This document shows, piece by piece, positions 25,601 to 37,406 of a stretch of 64,000 bases of DNA. The stretch spans positions 3,446,760 to 3,510,759 of the forward strand of contig CM082576.2 of the NCBI GenBank assembly GCA_040954595.2, read 5' to 3'. Below the pieces are notes generated by a model. It did no database searches. It was not told where the DNA came from and saw only the letters and a program-made list of their open reading frames with translations. The translations under genes were made by a program, and so were the position numbers. Source of the stretch: Balanoglossus misakiensis (Eukaryota; Animalia; Hemichordata). Within the stretch, counting starts at the first letter, position 1; each line of letters starts with the position of its first letter.

Positions 25601-28600
25601 GTGTAAGCACTTTGCAGTTCTGGAGAGAGACAATAAAAACTACCGTTAGAGGGAACCAGAGAAAAAATGTGCTTTTAAAAATCTAGTGTTGTGTGTTTTT
25701 TTTTCTTTTTTAATTTTCTAGCTATCAAAATGAAGTCGTCCAGGACCCAGACCACGCCTTCACCGAAGAAACCCAAAGTTGTGAAGGACCGACCCGAGTA
25801 CTACTTCAACCCACAGAGAGACATGGTACCCAGAGGGTATGCTGCAGCCCCAGTGTCTGGCCAACTCATCCCCATGGCGATCCCTCTGGGAGAGCCCAGA
25901 ATAGGCACGGGGCTGACTCAGCCGGTGGTCATCAGTACGGCAAGGCCTCTGGACACCAGCAACGTGGCCATTGTTGACATCAAGCAGCCGGAAGAACCGC
26001 CAGAGCCACAACTCGCAGTCCAGGTAGGCTGCGGTGATTTGTTGACTGAAACAAGACTGACCTTTCCAAAGCAGGCAATCATAGATTAACTGCCAGTGCT
26101 TATGCAAGAACACACCTTCAAGTTCCACAGTTGCTTTTTGCTTGTAGTTCCTTATTTTACCCCTGCTTCAGAGATTTCACATTAATGAATTATGTAAACT
26201 TTACATAATGTTTCCCCTCACAGCACAGGTAGATTGTCAAGCAACTGCTTTTTATTTAAATCCATAATTTTGAGATTACTGGTAAAATGAAATTAACTCT
26301 GCCAGTATTCACGTTCTTATAATAATAATACCAAAATCTACTTCTTTTCTTCACCCAACTAACACATAGATTTTACCCAGCGTAGACATAGATACAGCAC
26401 CACCAACACCTGTGTTCAGTGAACCAGTCGTACCATCCCCTGAGGTAAGGCTGTCCAAATATTTGGGTTGGAAATTCCACCAGTCTGCGTTCACGCCCTC
26501 ACCTGTCTGTGTTATGGTCGTTGGTGTCATGGCATTTTGTCTGTGTGTGTTGTCGCAATTGTCTTGTTGTTTTTGATGTTCAGTGTGCGTGCTGAAATAT
26601 CATGACATGAAAGTATACAGTTTTGTTAGTTAGGCGTGACATCCATAAAATTCCGGCAGATTCCAGAAGTAGTTCACTGTGCACTCTCTGACGTAAGACG
26701 TGAGAAATTTATGCAACATCAGTGCAACGAACTGTGAGGTGAATGCAACAAGAAAGATCTTAGCTTTACAGTTCCGGCATGCATGACAGCTCTATTCCCT
26801 TGCCTGCTTTATTTGTGCATGGCTGCTGTGAGTGTTGAGTGGAAATGACTCATTGATTTTCTTCATTGCTTGTTACACACTAGTGTTTCAAGAACTCAAT
26901 ATTTAACTTAACCATTCATGTGTGGCGTTATCTGTTCTGGCTGTAATTTCCTGTGAGATTCAATGACAGATTTAAGAGCTTTGGTCGATCAGTCAGTCAA
27001 TCAGTTGCAACAGAAAAAAAAAAGAAAACTGAAGTTTTCCATCGTCAAGCAGGAATACAGGCAGAAATTTATAAATTTGCGAATGCACTCTATTATTGCA
27101 ATGCTGTTTGGCAAAAAAAAAAACTTTTTGCCAACATTGAGAGTAATAGTCTTCAAAAAACTTTACAGATAGACCTTAAAACATTTCAGTGAAAATTTAA
27201 CATTAATTTAATTGACCAAACTTTCAAAATATGTCAGTAATGTATCTCTGCTGTAAAATTGCTGTGGCAAACAACATAATGCTACGCTGTCCTATTTTCT
27301 CTCTCCCCTCGCCTCCCTACCCCTCTCTCTGCCATCTTAGACTAATGATAATGCTGTTGCTGATGAGGATGTTAACATTGATATGCCTGAACGCATCCCA
27401 TCATCATTGCCTGAGACAATCCCTGAGGTAGGCGGCACTAACTGCATGAGACTCTCAATAGGCCTGCCCTAGAATTAGAATGAGCTGTAGGTGGTACAAA
27501 CCAAAGACTCGTTGCAACAGCAAGGGGGTGCTTGCGGGATATGTTAAATTAGGTTCGTTTGTACCGTCAGCTGTTTGCAAATCAGCTATTTTTTAAAGCA
27601 GTGACTGCGTTCATCGCTCGCAATCTAGAGCAGGTCTGTTGGGGGTTTGCTGTGCTCCATTTTACGTGTGAAAGAGCAAGTCATCCGTAAAACAATTATG
27701 AAGCAGTCGACTTCAGCCTGACAATACACATAATTACCCAGTTTAATTTGTCTTTATTTGTGTGGTTCATTGCACAGTGCTAAGTGTCATGCCGGGGGTC
27801 AGGCTATGATCTTGTAAACACTGTTACATGTTCCAAGCACTGGACACCCATGACACTTACTCCAAAAAATAGCTTTGCTATGCAAGAATTTTTAATACAT
27901 ATATTGAGACAAGTTACGGATTAAATATTTGCTTCATTTAATCCAACTTTCCTCCTCCACAGCCGGAGCAGGAGGAAGAGCCAGAGGACCACTTGGTGGA
28001 TGGCACCGGAATATCATTGCCCGGATACAGCCAGAGACCACAGGATTACCACGGGCCACCATTCCCACCTCAGCAACCGGCACCACAGGTGGTGGCCTTT
28101 CCGTCCAGTGATGTTTTGGCGGATGAAATCAAGAGACGGGATTTACTCGAAGACAGAGCTGTACACTGGTAGGCTATGGCAATTTATGGTTTCTCTTAGA
28201 AAGCCAATAATGCCAACAGCCTGACCTGAGACAAAAAAATTCAAAAAAAAAAAAAAAAACATGATTGTGTGTCATTGTCAGGCTTTCAATTGTCATTCGG
28301 TCTCAAGATAGCCCCCCCTCCCCCACACACACACACCCATCCCAATCTGAAACTGTTTAAAACTGGTCTGGATATTCTCAGTAATTTTGATGTTTTTGCA
28401 CATTTTTCTGTACACCAGGGTGGAACAGGAACTGATGGCACGTATCATCAGCCAGGTACATGCTGAAGACGTGGACGAGATGGACGTGCTAAGACCTGCA
28501 AGCCCTGTGAGTGAGGCGACTCCCGACAGCACCATTGGTAAGTTGGAGTCATGAACAGCAAAAACATGTATTAAGAAATTCACCAGTCACGCTTATACAT

Positions 28601-31600
28601 AATAGCTTTTCGAAGCTGCGTGAGACCATCGCAAGAAACCAGCCAACCTTTCATAGAGAGCTTGACGTGAGAATGTGTAAATTTGGTTTTGACATTGTGA
28701 TTTACGGCCGTCCTTGTGATGAATGCGTGTTTGACTTGGACATGAACCATTGTCAATCTGTGATGGATGGGTCTCTCAGGCCTCTCTCACAGTGGCTTAG
28801 GAATTCAAATCCCGTCTTCTTATGTAGCCTCATCGATGTCTGTGAGGCTAAGTTGAAATGCACTGAGTAATTGGTCGTTATTCGAAGTACGCTTGCAAAA
28901 TACAAAGTGGCAAAAAGTGGGACGTTGTGACTTGTCCTTCACTTGTGCAGTTTCACCCTTCTGTGACATTGGATGTTCAGGACAAAAATGATGGTGTTTA
29001 AAAGGAATATTATAAACAATACTGGTAGGATTTGTTTAATGAAAATATGATTAGAGTAGCCAATAACGGCATTAATCTCAAATTTCTACCGCAGTGGATG
29101 GAATGGGAAATGCTGGGCTACAGTTGTTTGTGGATTCAGGTCATCCAGTGAATTCTGACCTGGTCAACGCCCTGGTCAGAGAGGTCATAGAGGAGAGACT
29201 GGGCGCGTTGCTTGGACAACATCTGGCGGACAGAAACAGACCCTTGTCACCACCATCACCCAGGCAACCAGTGGAAGAAATTCCCAGGGAAGAAACTCCA
29301 CCAGTAAGTGTTGTCCATTAAAAGGGATACAACCACATGTATGGAAGCTCTTCATGCAGAAAAAGTTTTTCTAATAACACGTTCCCATCAAGGGACAGAC
29401 AAAACTAAGAGGTAAACGTAACTGAAGAAATCAGGACAAAGCATTTTGGTAGAGTGTCGCAGCACAACATTTATGGAAGAAATACAGTGTTTGCTGTACT
29501 TTCCAAAATCATCATTCCATTTTACAGATGGTGTTAGAAGTTAATATGATTTCCATCAAAAAACTTTATTTTATTTTAATGTACACTGTAATGTACTTTT
29601 GTCACCAGCCACTAACTCCGAGAGTGCGAGTACCAACCCCAGAAGTGACACCACTAGGCAGTCCCATACACACACCGACCCCACCGACCATCAAGTCACC
29701 ACTAGATACTCCCGAAGCAACACCAGAGGGCTCTCTCATCGTGGAACCTGAACCAGAAACAGAGAGTTCAGTTGAAATAAGAGAGCCGACACCGCCGCCT
29801 GGTAAGTCTGTGTACAGCGCCCCCAAACACAGATTGTAATTTCCGTTTCTTTTTTGCGTTAACATGAAAAAGTGGCTTCAAAATTCAGTCATAGTGCTCC
29901 ATGGACTATTGTCTGTCATATTTTTTCCAATACTACTAATATCCAGGCAAAGATGAATTTGAGTAACGAATGACTATTAAAATCAGCCACATGGTTGCAT
30001 TTTAACTCTATTGCTGTCATTGTCAAAAGTTTGCAAATGTGATTTTTCACACAGAGCCTGTCCATATACCAGAATCACCAGTTGGCACACCCATTGCGAC
30101 CCCTCCTCCCACCCCACCACCCAAGGCACCCACTCCACCACCCTCACCCAAGGAACCCCCAGTTGAACCCAAACCAGAGACCCCGGAACCAGTTGAGCCA
30201 AAGACTCCCTCCCCCCAGCCATGGACCCACGATGAGCTGCCATTACCTGAGGAACTTCCTGATATTGAGAAGAAGGAAGAACCTGATCTTAGACCAGTGT
30301 GAGTGTCTTTTCTGATTTGCACAAGTTCAGATATAAACACATTGGTCAATTGCACAGGTCATTGGTCAATTGCACAGAGTGCAGTGGTTCTGGGGTGTTT
30401 GATACCTTAAAAAACAATGAAAGGAAGTTGTCAAGAAAGAATGAACAATGAAAAGGCTTGTGATCACAGAGAAGTGTTTCATTTTACCATATGAAACACG
30501 ATTGCTTGTGTTTATTAAAATTTTGACAGATATGAATTTAAACTCTCCCTGTTCTCTCTACAAAAGACTTGTGACATTGGAGCCTGACATTGAGGGTGGT
30601 GATGTCATTCAGGTCACACCAGTACTGCCACCACTCAGAGCAAAACCACCACCATCTCCACCACCTTCTGAAACCAGTTCCTCTTCGCCAGAACCCACTA
30701 CATACACAGAGACGACAGATCGAGACATATCGGAGGGAGAGTGGTTAATGGACCACAGCGAGGGACAAGTTATGCCTACACCTCATAGTAAGTATGAGAG
30801 TTTTAAGACCAAAGACAATAGTGCAGAATCATCTATTTTTATCAGAATTTGATTTTTTTAATTAATTTTCATTGAATATATGAAATGTATGACCCTATTG
30901 GTTACATGTTGAGATCATAGCTTTATGAAACATTCAGAACAACACAACAAATTAATGATGGCGGCCTCCATGCTCCATTCTGCCGAATGACAATTCTTAT
31001 AACAACTTGTAATTTGAAGAAATTGGTGCTGACACACTGGAAGCGGTGTATGGAGGTAGAACTCGTGGTCGAGGAAGAGTTGAGGAGGAGTCTGGCAGCA
31101 GTCAGGATAGTACAATGCATGAAACAGATGATATCGACAAAGATACGACACAGGTATGGCAGATTTTGCCCCAAATCAGCTGCATTGCTGAAGAGCTTTT
31201 CAACCTGGTACTATACGTGCAGTTACCTTATTTGTTGCAGAAACAGATATTTCAAATTCGTGTTAGAGACTACTCTTTTTGAATTTGATATTTATTTCTG
31301 TTTCATATTGAAGTTTTTCTCATGATTTGTTTTCAATTTGTCTTTTATTTTAGTTGGAACCTCCAAGTGAAGGCGAGGTGTTGGCAAGACGAGTGCCTGT
31401 CCAGCGCGACCCCATGGTGACATTGCTGGCCCGCCTGAACCAACAAGCTGGCTATGTCATGCCTCCCCAACCAAGTGGACAATTCCAACCGAGACCACAA
31501 CCATCGGACGTCGACATCAGTGCCGGTGAGGTCAGTTGGGGTCAACGACCTGGTCTAATGCCACATGCGGAAAGGGTCATGTATGGTCAGTCAGCGGACC

Positions 31601-33446
31601 CGAGGAAGGAAGACCGGCCGGTTCCTTACATGAGACAGGCTGAGACAGGGTCGCCAGGAGAGGTGATATTGACACCCAGCGATCGCACATCTGACCGACC
31701 GCTCCGGGCGTCCGAGCTGGAGAGCTCAAAGTCCAGAAAGTCTCCCAGAAGTGGCAGCAGGTCGGCCAAGTCTCCCAAGTCCCCCAAGACGTCCTCTCCA
31801 AAGACACCCAGCAGGGTCATCCACTTCCAAGGTGGGAGTGCAGAGTCCCCCAGGGAGGGTGGTGCTGCACCCGCACCCACAGGAGGTGGAAGGGTGATAG
31901 TTGTGGGCGGAAAACCAGAGTCTCCACCATCCGCAGCCAGAGGGAGAGTGATACAGGTCGGAGTGAGGGACTCGCACGATCAAGAAGACACTCTAGTCCC
32001 TGGTAAGAAGTGGACATGTTTAGTCATCATGCCCCACATTCACATTTGTTTCCAAATTCTACACAGCTAAGTGTCATTTTATAAAGCATGGTGTTTGGGT
32101 CTATCTAGAATTGATAGAAATTTAATTCCCTGTACTTTTATGTGCAATATGAATAATTTTCCTGCGTCAGTTTGTTGATGGAGTCACTGGTGCGTCGTAT
32201 TGGGTCAGAGGGTGCTATGCTTGCCTGATCTGTACATGACGGTGTTTAGGACATTAAAATGCATTACCATGGCAACTGCAAATTATTTTATACCATCCGT
32301 CTGTTGTCAGGATGGATAAATTTAGGTCTGACGTAAGTTGCTTTTGCCATGGCAACAACCAGATACTCTTTTTATGGATTGCAGACTGTGGTCTCCATCT
32401 GTCTCCAATACAGTGTTATTTTGCATGTGCCTGTGTGTTTGTACCTACCACTTGTGTCCTTCTCTGGTTTGCCCACTGGTATTTACATTGTTTTGTCTGG
32501 AATGCATTCAACAAACCTAATGTGTTTATCTCGATGAATAAAGTGAGTTCAACTGGCAGTAATTGAGTAACAGTGAACACCAAGTGCGGTTAATCACCCC
32601 TCTCTGTCTGATCCCAATAAGCCCAAGCTGACTTCAGGGTCTTTCAATTCTACCCACGGTGTGCTGTTGTCAAACAAGTGATTACGCAACAGAAGTTTTT
32701 GATGCCAGTTTAAAATAGCCAACCTCTCATACCATCACATTTGATCTACATCTGAACCCCACCAGCCGTCAACAAAAAAATGATTGCCCAGCACTGCCAA
32801 AGGCACTCTGTTCTGGTTTGATTGGTTTATCTTGTAGATCAGTCATGATGGCTGGTACCTTTGCAATTTTGATTTTAATATGGAATTTCAGCAAGAGGGT
32901 TCTGTTTTTTATCTCTTAGAAATTTCAGTATTCAAAAAGTCTCAGTTGATACATGTATAGCGCCCTCTAACAAGAAAAGCAAATGTCTTCTGCAAGTACA
33001 CCAATGCTAAACCCTTATGTCAGGTTCCCCGGTCTCTTGCCCAACCACTTCCACGTCAAAGGCGGTGGATACAATCATAAAATCTGAAGCACACAGATGT
33101 AACAACTGTTTGTTTTGTCTCTGTGATAGGAGGAACTCTGAGCGACCTGGGCACCCGTACAATGACCCCAGATCAGATGAACTTGGAGGGTCTCCTGCAG
33201 TCGGGATACCTATCCCAGACTTTCAGCCAATCGGACGGTGTCACCACCCGGGAAGGGGAGGAGGGAAGACTTCCAGGAGGGCTGGCCACCGGTGGAAGTG
33301 TGCCCGGCACCCTGCTTGTCACCCTGCCATCCGCTGATGAGAACGAGGATTTCGAAGACTTTGATTTTTCAGGGAACTCTCCCAGTCCGGAAATGGTAGG
33401 CGAAACTATCAGCGATGTGTCAGAGATCAGCGGTGGTGATCTGTAG
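13495..33446 (+). CDS. KIAA0586: TALPID3/KIAA0586-like centriolar distal-end ciliogenesis protein, 5'-partial; 18 exons, about 1210 aa in the window
   Basis: GT-AG exons chain in phase: 13495-13609, 17103-17171, 18309-18538, 23234-23306, 24649-24855, 25386-25569, 25722-26023, 26370-26444, 27341-27427, 27963-28168, 28419-28537, 29095-29303, 29609-29801, 30055-30298, 30567-30787, 31020-31153, 31354-32002, 33130-33446 (TAG). Motifs recalled from vertebrate TALPID3 occur in the expected order: EAQKALQKVQTSKVYLDTNLD..ELYTLID, DEQYLTRVYGKALY..GPYLRL, LIPMAIPLG, ILPSVDID, YHGPPFPP, WVEQELMARIIS, LQLFVDSG.PVNS, ISEGE, PPSEGEV. Confidence 0.9.
16810..16938. repeat. Tandem duplication, 2 x 65 bp
   Basis: ATAGGCAAAAAAGATTAAATTAT..CCAAGTTGTCCGCT repeated at period 65 with one internal mismatch. 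Confidence 0.95.
17103..17171 (+). CDS. KIAA0586: TALPID3 exon (EVHMDFERRQKAASGPAPIDTYL)
   Basis: ctgcag / gtaagt, 69 nt, phase 0-0. Confidence 0.75.
18309..18538 (+). CDS. KIAA0586: TALPID3 exon, conserved coiled-coil region
   Basis: ttcaag / gtaaag; encodes EAQKALQKVQTSKVYLDTNLDVVAHARNNEELYTLID. Confidence 0.88.
23234..23306 (+). CDS. KIAA0586: TALPID3 exon (DTAEKAHIRSEVDKMIHQINYELE)
   Basis: ctccag / gtgagt, phase 2-0; continues the conserved helix. Confidence 0.85.
23956..24122. mobile_element. Tc1/mariner-superfamily (pogo/Tigger-like) MITE, 167 bp
   Basis: TIRs CAGTAAAACCT..AGGTTTTACTG flanked by TA on both sides. Confidence 0.75.
24649..24855 (+). CDS. KIAA0586: TALPID3 exon, Lys-rich
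   Basis: ccgtag / gtgagt, 207 nt open, phase 0-0. Confidence 0.8.
25386..25569 (+). CDS. KIAA0586: TALPID3 exon (DEQYLTRVYGKALY..GPYLRL)
   Basis: gatag / gtgagg; conserved motif. Confidence 0.9.
25722..26023 (+). CDS. KIAA0586: TALPID3 exon (KMKSSRTQT..LIPMAIPLG)
   Basis: ttctag / gtaggc. Confidence 0.9.
26370..26444 (+). CDS. KIAA0586: TALPID3 exon (ILPSVDID)
   Basis: catag / gtaagg, 75 nt. Confidence 0.85.
27341..27427 (+). CDS. KIAA0586: TALPID3 exon, probably a cassette exon
   Basis: CT-rich tract then cttag / gtaggc; 87 nt, phase 0-0, acidic and Pro-rich. Confidence 0.65.
27963..28168 (+). CDS. KIAA0586: TALPID3 exon (YHGPPFPP)
   Basis: ccacag / gtaggc. Confidence 0.9.
28419..28537 (+). 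CDS. KIAA0586: TALPID3 exon (WVEQELMARIISQ)
   Basis: caccag / gtaagt. Confidence 0.9.
29095..29303 (+). CDS. KIAA0586: TALPID3 exon (LQLFVDSGHPVNS)
   Basis: ccgcag / gtaagt. Confidence 0.9.
29609..29801 (+). CDS. KIAA0586: TALPID3 exon, Pro/Thr-rich
   Basis: caccag / gtaagt. Confidence 0.85.
30055..30298 (+). CDS. KIAA0586: TALPID3 exon, Pro-rich
   Basis: acacag / gtgagt. Confidence 0.85.
30340..30377. repeat. Short tandem duplication (CATTGGTCAATTGCACAG x2)
   Basis: 18-mer repeated at period 20. Confidence 0.9.
30567..30787 (+). CDS. KIAA0586: TALPID3 exon (ISEGEW)
   Basis: caaaag / gtaagt. Confidence 0.85.
31020..31153 (+). CDS. KIAA0586: TALPID3 exon
   Basis: ttgaag / gtatgg; phase 1-0 fits both neighbours, but the acceptor is weak. 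Confidence 0.7.
31354..32002 (+). CDS. KIAA0586: TALPID3 exon (LEPPSEGEV; SP-rich)
   Basis: ttttag / gtaaga, 649 nt open. Confidence 0.85.
33130..33446 (+). CDS. KIAA0586: TALPID3 last coding exon
   Basis: gatag acceptor, phase 1, ends at TAG. Confidence 0.8.
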
Positions 33447-34625
33447 GTCTTCTGGCCTAAAATGCATCAGACACAGTCACACAGCTCACATCACAGAGGA
33501 GAGGAATGGATAAAAAAAATACAGACCTGTATATACTAGTTATAACCACCTCAGGGTAGTCATATACATGTATATGATTAGTTAGTTGTCTGCGTTTTCA
33601 AAATATATCCTTAGGTAGTAGTATTTTTTTTATTAGAAAAATAATGAACGTCAACGTTTTTGCCACATTTTCTTATCAGGAATTGCCCTTGTGTTTTAAA
33701 ATGGATTAGTCCATAATCGGGTTCAAAGGAGGGATGAATTTAACAATTCTTTACAAACACATACACGTAGATTTACAATAGATGCTGCCACATCACTGCC
33801 ATTCTAAGCGTGTGGTTTTTTACATCAATCATTTTACAGAGGGCAAAACTTTCAACATGAACATGACATGATTTATTGACTACGCAGATCCATAAATGTG
33901 CGCGACACTGTTATTACGGGTTGATTTCCCAGGGCTTGGCTGCTGAGTCACACAGGAGTCCTTAAACAAGGGAGATTGACATGTGATGTTTGGATTGTCA
34001 GTTTAAGTCAACATTTGTGGTTTGTTCTCTGAAGTGCGTCCTTGCTTTGTCCAGTTGCCAGTTGCTTGACCTCAGATTGACATGTCCACTCCCAACCCCC
34101 ACCCCCACTCCCAGTGATATGTGCAACAGCTAGGGCAGCTGGTGTAAACACGACCGCCTTTTTTTAAGATGTGATAATCCATTTTTATTTTAATGCAAAG
34201 AATCTTCAATCTTCTTACCACATTGGCAATATTTTATGAATCAAACATACCATATGCCAGGATCAGGATTTTTGGCGTCCAATCACATTTTCTGAGTAAG
34301 CAACATCATACATCACAACTGTGCTTCATGAGTCTGGACATGCTGTATGCATGCTGGTTTATAAATAGCACCATTCTCTTTGGCGTCATTTTAGCAAACT
34401 GCTCTGCTGGCTGGACAAAGCAATAGACTTTAATATTCTGAGTCCCGCTTCTAAAATTATCATCCTAAACATGCCATCAGACATTTACTTGACAAAAATT
34501 TATAACCACATCACTGCCTTAAATAGTAATTCATTTACCACAAACCCAAATAGTTTGCATTTTCAAGGGATAAGGTTTTGTAATAGAAAGTAGGCTGTCA
34601 ATGTCAATGTATTATGTCCTACTAA

Positions 34626-35428
34626 GGCTGCATTCACAAACACCTCTGGAGGGGGGGGGCAGGAGAATTGAGGGGGGGGATTTGAAAAAATTGAGGGTAT
34701 GTAAGGGGGGGGATTTGAAATAATTTAGGGACTGAAAGGGGGGACTTGAAAACTTTAACGACTAAATATTTATTTTGAGTCCACAAAAATGCAGTTTCGC
34801 ACCCTTTAATTTACAAAATTTTCTAATGTGGGAGGGGGACACCCCCTCCCACACCCACCCCCTCCATTCATCAACACCTTTCAATCATTGACTGGTTTAT
34901 CTAGTGTCCCAGGTCAGGGGACTTGCCCCACCCCATGATAACTTTGAGCGGCGACGGTTAAATTTGTCCTCCCCAACATACCGGTAGTTGAGTTAATTTG
35001 CTTTTGCCGGGTTCATTAAAATGCAGCTTTGAGCTCTGTATTTTAGAAAATTTTCTTACGTGGGAGGGGGACACCCCCTCCCAAACCCACCCCCTTCAAT
35101 TCTCGGTGTACAATGTCTCCCAACACAGAATACAAATATATGTACTTAAAAAATAAAAACAATGTTCAGTTTTAATACCCACTGATGAGGGGAAACATCA
35201 GTTTCGAATTCTTTTCATGGGAGCGCTGTTTTTCTTTTTACAAGATAGATAGGTGATGTGTTTTGCTCTGTGAAAGAAAATGGGGGGGGGGGGATTTCAA
35301 AATTTTGGCAGTTCGAAAGGGGGGGATTTGAAAATATTAGCAGTTCGGAAGGGGGGCATGTGAAAATTAGCGGTAAAAAAAATTGAATTCTCCCGCCCCC
35401 CCCTCCAGAGGTGTTTGTGAATGCAGCC
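34626..35428. mobile_element. Non-autonomous PIF/Harbinger-type (Tourist-like) MITE, about 800 bp
   Basis: Near-perfect TIRs of about 44 bp (GGCTGCATTCACAAACACCTCTGGAGGGGGGG.. and its reverse complement). TAA flanks both sides (34623-34625, 35429-35431). G-run subterminal repeats; no ORF. Confidence 0.85.
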
Positions 35429-36744
35429 TAAATGGTGCATATGAGGTCATAATTATAAGGGTTGCTGTTGAACATATTACTGCATATATATACTGCCGAT
35501 TATTGGACTTATTTTCATATCGTAGAAATTTACATTTTTAGTGAACCTGTACTTGGTCCTTCACTGCCATTGTTTTTCAACATTTAATTTTCATGCTGCA
35601 GACAGACTTCGTAGCTTCTAATAGCAATATTAATGTCGCAGGCCACTGTGAAATGGTGAATCAATCATTTCAAGACAACATTAACAATCTCAGGTGTGTG
35701 TGCCTAGTATATAAAGATGTTATTTTTTATTTTAAATTTGCTAGTGTCCAATTGTTGCTTTTGGATAACAAAATCCAAAGATGTTGGCAGCTAATTACAC
35801 ACTTTATTGAGTCTTATTTTCATAGTTGCTCGGTCATTGAACCACTATATCCAAACACAAGTGGTCAACACTCTGTCAGGGGTATCTTTTTTTTCGAAGG
35901 TTACTCTAATACTGTCTTTTGTGGCAAGTGTTTTTTCAGCCCTGCCATTTCTGTTGACCTCTGATTGACTGACCAGCTGTTAGCAATATTATTTTTAACC
36001 AATGAAACACTTTCCATCCCTCATAATTAACCTGACCTTGTTTTGCTTGGGGAGAAAAAAAGAGGTTTAATGATCCAGGTAAACCATTTTTGTCCCATGG
36101 CTATTTTTTTTCAGTGTCATGTTATTTCCTGTCTTTTGTATCCTCTTAAAATATCTTCCACTCTGTCTTCTAATCTTTCACCTTTGTCTTGTTTCTGTTT
36201 TTCTTGGTGTTCATTTGTATTTCAAGAATTATAATGAATGTGTTGTAGAACTCTACTTGTAACAGAATGTATAAACACAATTTATCTGGACTGATACAGT
36301 CACGTAGAGTCGGTATTTAATATGAAACCTGTCATTTTAAGCCCCATGGCAGTTATGCACATCTGTACACCACATCATTCATTTGGCAGTTTGTCACTCT
36401 TTGCATGATATTGCAGTATATTAAAACCTGCATGCTTTCCACTGTACTGCAGCTCATTCGCCTGGGTCGCATAATCAGACACTTTGCATGCAGTCCTTTC
36501 TCTGACATTTAAATTCTCTTGATGCATTTTACATGAGAACTAAAACCATGCTGGAACTATTTTGATGAAAACCTCAACTTCCATAGAGTGAGATTGCGCT
36601 ATTAGCAAACTGTAATTCAAATGTAAATACAAAATTCTGAGATGTGGTGATGTCACCTGATGGGTTTACCAGCCAAATCAGGTGTGGTTGTATAATAGAT
36701 TACGCTGTGTATCATTCTTTTAATACAGAATGATACACAGGGCA

Positions 36745-36768
36745 CAATCAATCAATCAATCAATCAAT
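36745..36768. repeat. (CAAT)n microsatellite
   Basis: caatcaatcaatcaatcaatcaat. Confidence 0.9.
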
Positions 36769-37400
36769 CTACCTGCGTGGATATAGACCATGTTCAATCT
36801 TCATTACAGCAGATATATGAGATATTCCTTTTAGACATTTAATCCATTTTAGTCTTATTATTTTTTGCTGTGCCCAGTGCCACAGTTCTTTGCCTCTCAA
36901 CTTTTTTTTCTTACAAATACCTGAACATAATGAACTCTTGCATTATTAATATGTGCACATAAACACACACACACTTTTTGTAAAGAAAATATATACAGAC
37001 TTCAGGAACTTTCATACATGCAACCACACTCATGTGAGATACTAATAGTATTATTACCCAGGTTACTTAATCCTAAATTTCCCTTAGCTTCTCTGGTGTT
37101 GTTTTCAAGTCAAACCCACACATTACTTACTAGTACCCTTTGAGGGACTTGCTCTTGCACAGTGCCTAACATCTCCTTGTGTTTAGTTTGTACGGTACAG
37201 TTACAGAACTGCGGTCTGTAGATTATACTTAACCTTGTTACTGTCTTTATACACAGTGATTTGAATTATAATATGCTAATCACAAAATTAGAATGGGGTT
37301 ATATTTTGTTAGGGTTTTTCATATAGATTGATTTTTTCAAATAATTATATTTTGTCAGGATATAAGAATTATGAAACTTGTAAATCGACCAGATCAATGC

Positions 37401-37406
37401 AATAAA
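37401..37406 (+). terminator. Putative distal polyadenylation signal of TALPID3 (implies a 3'UTR of about 4 kb)
   Basis: AATAAA followed about 25 nt later by U/GU-rich cttttgtgtg; no other gene lies between it and the stop. Confidence 0.4.
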
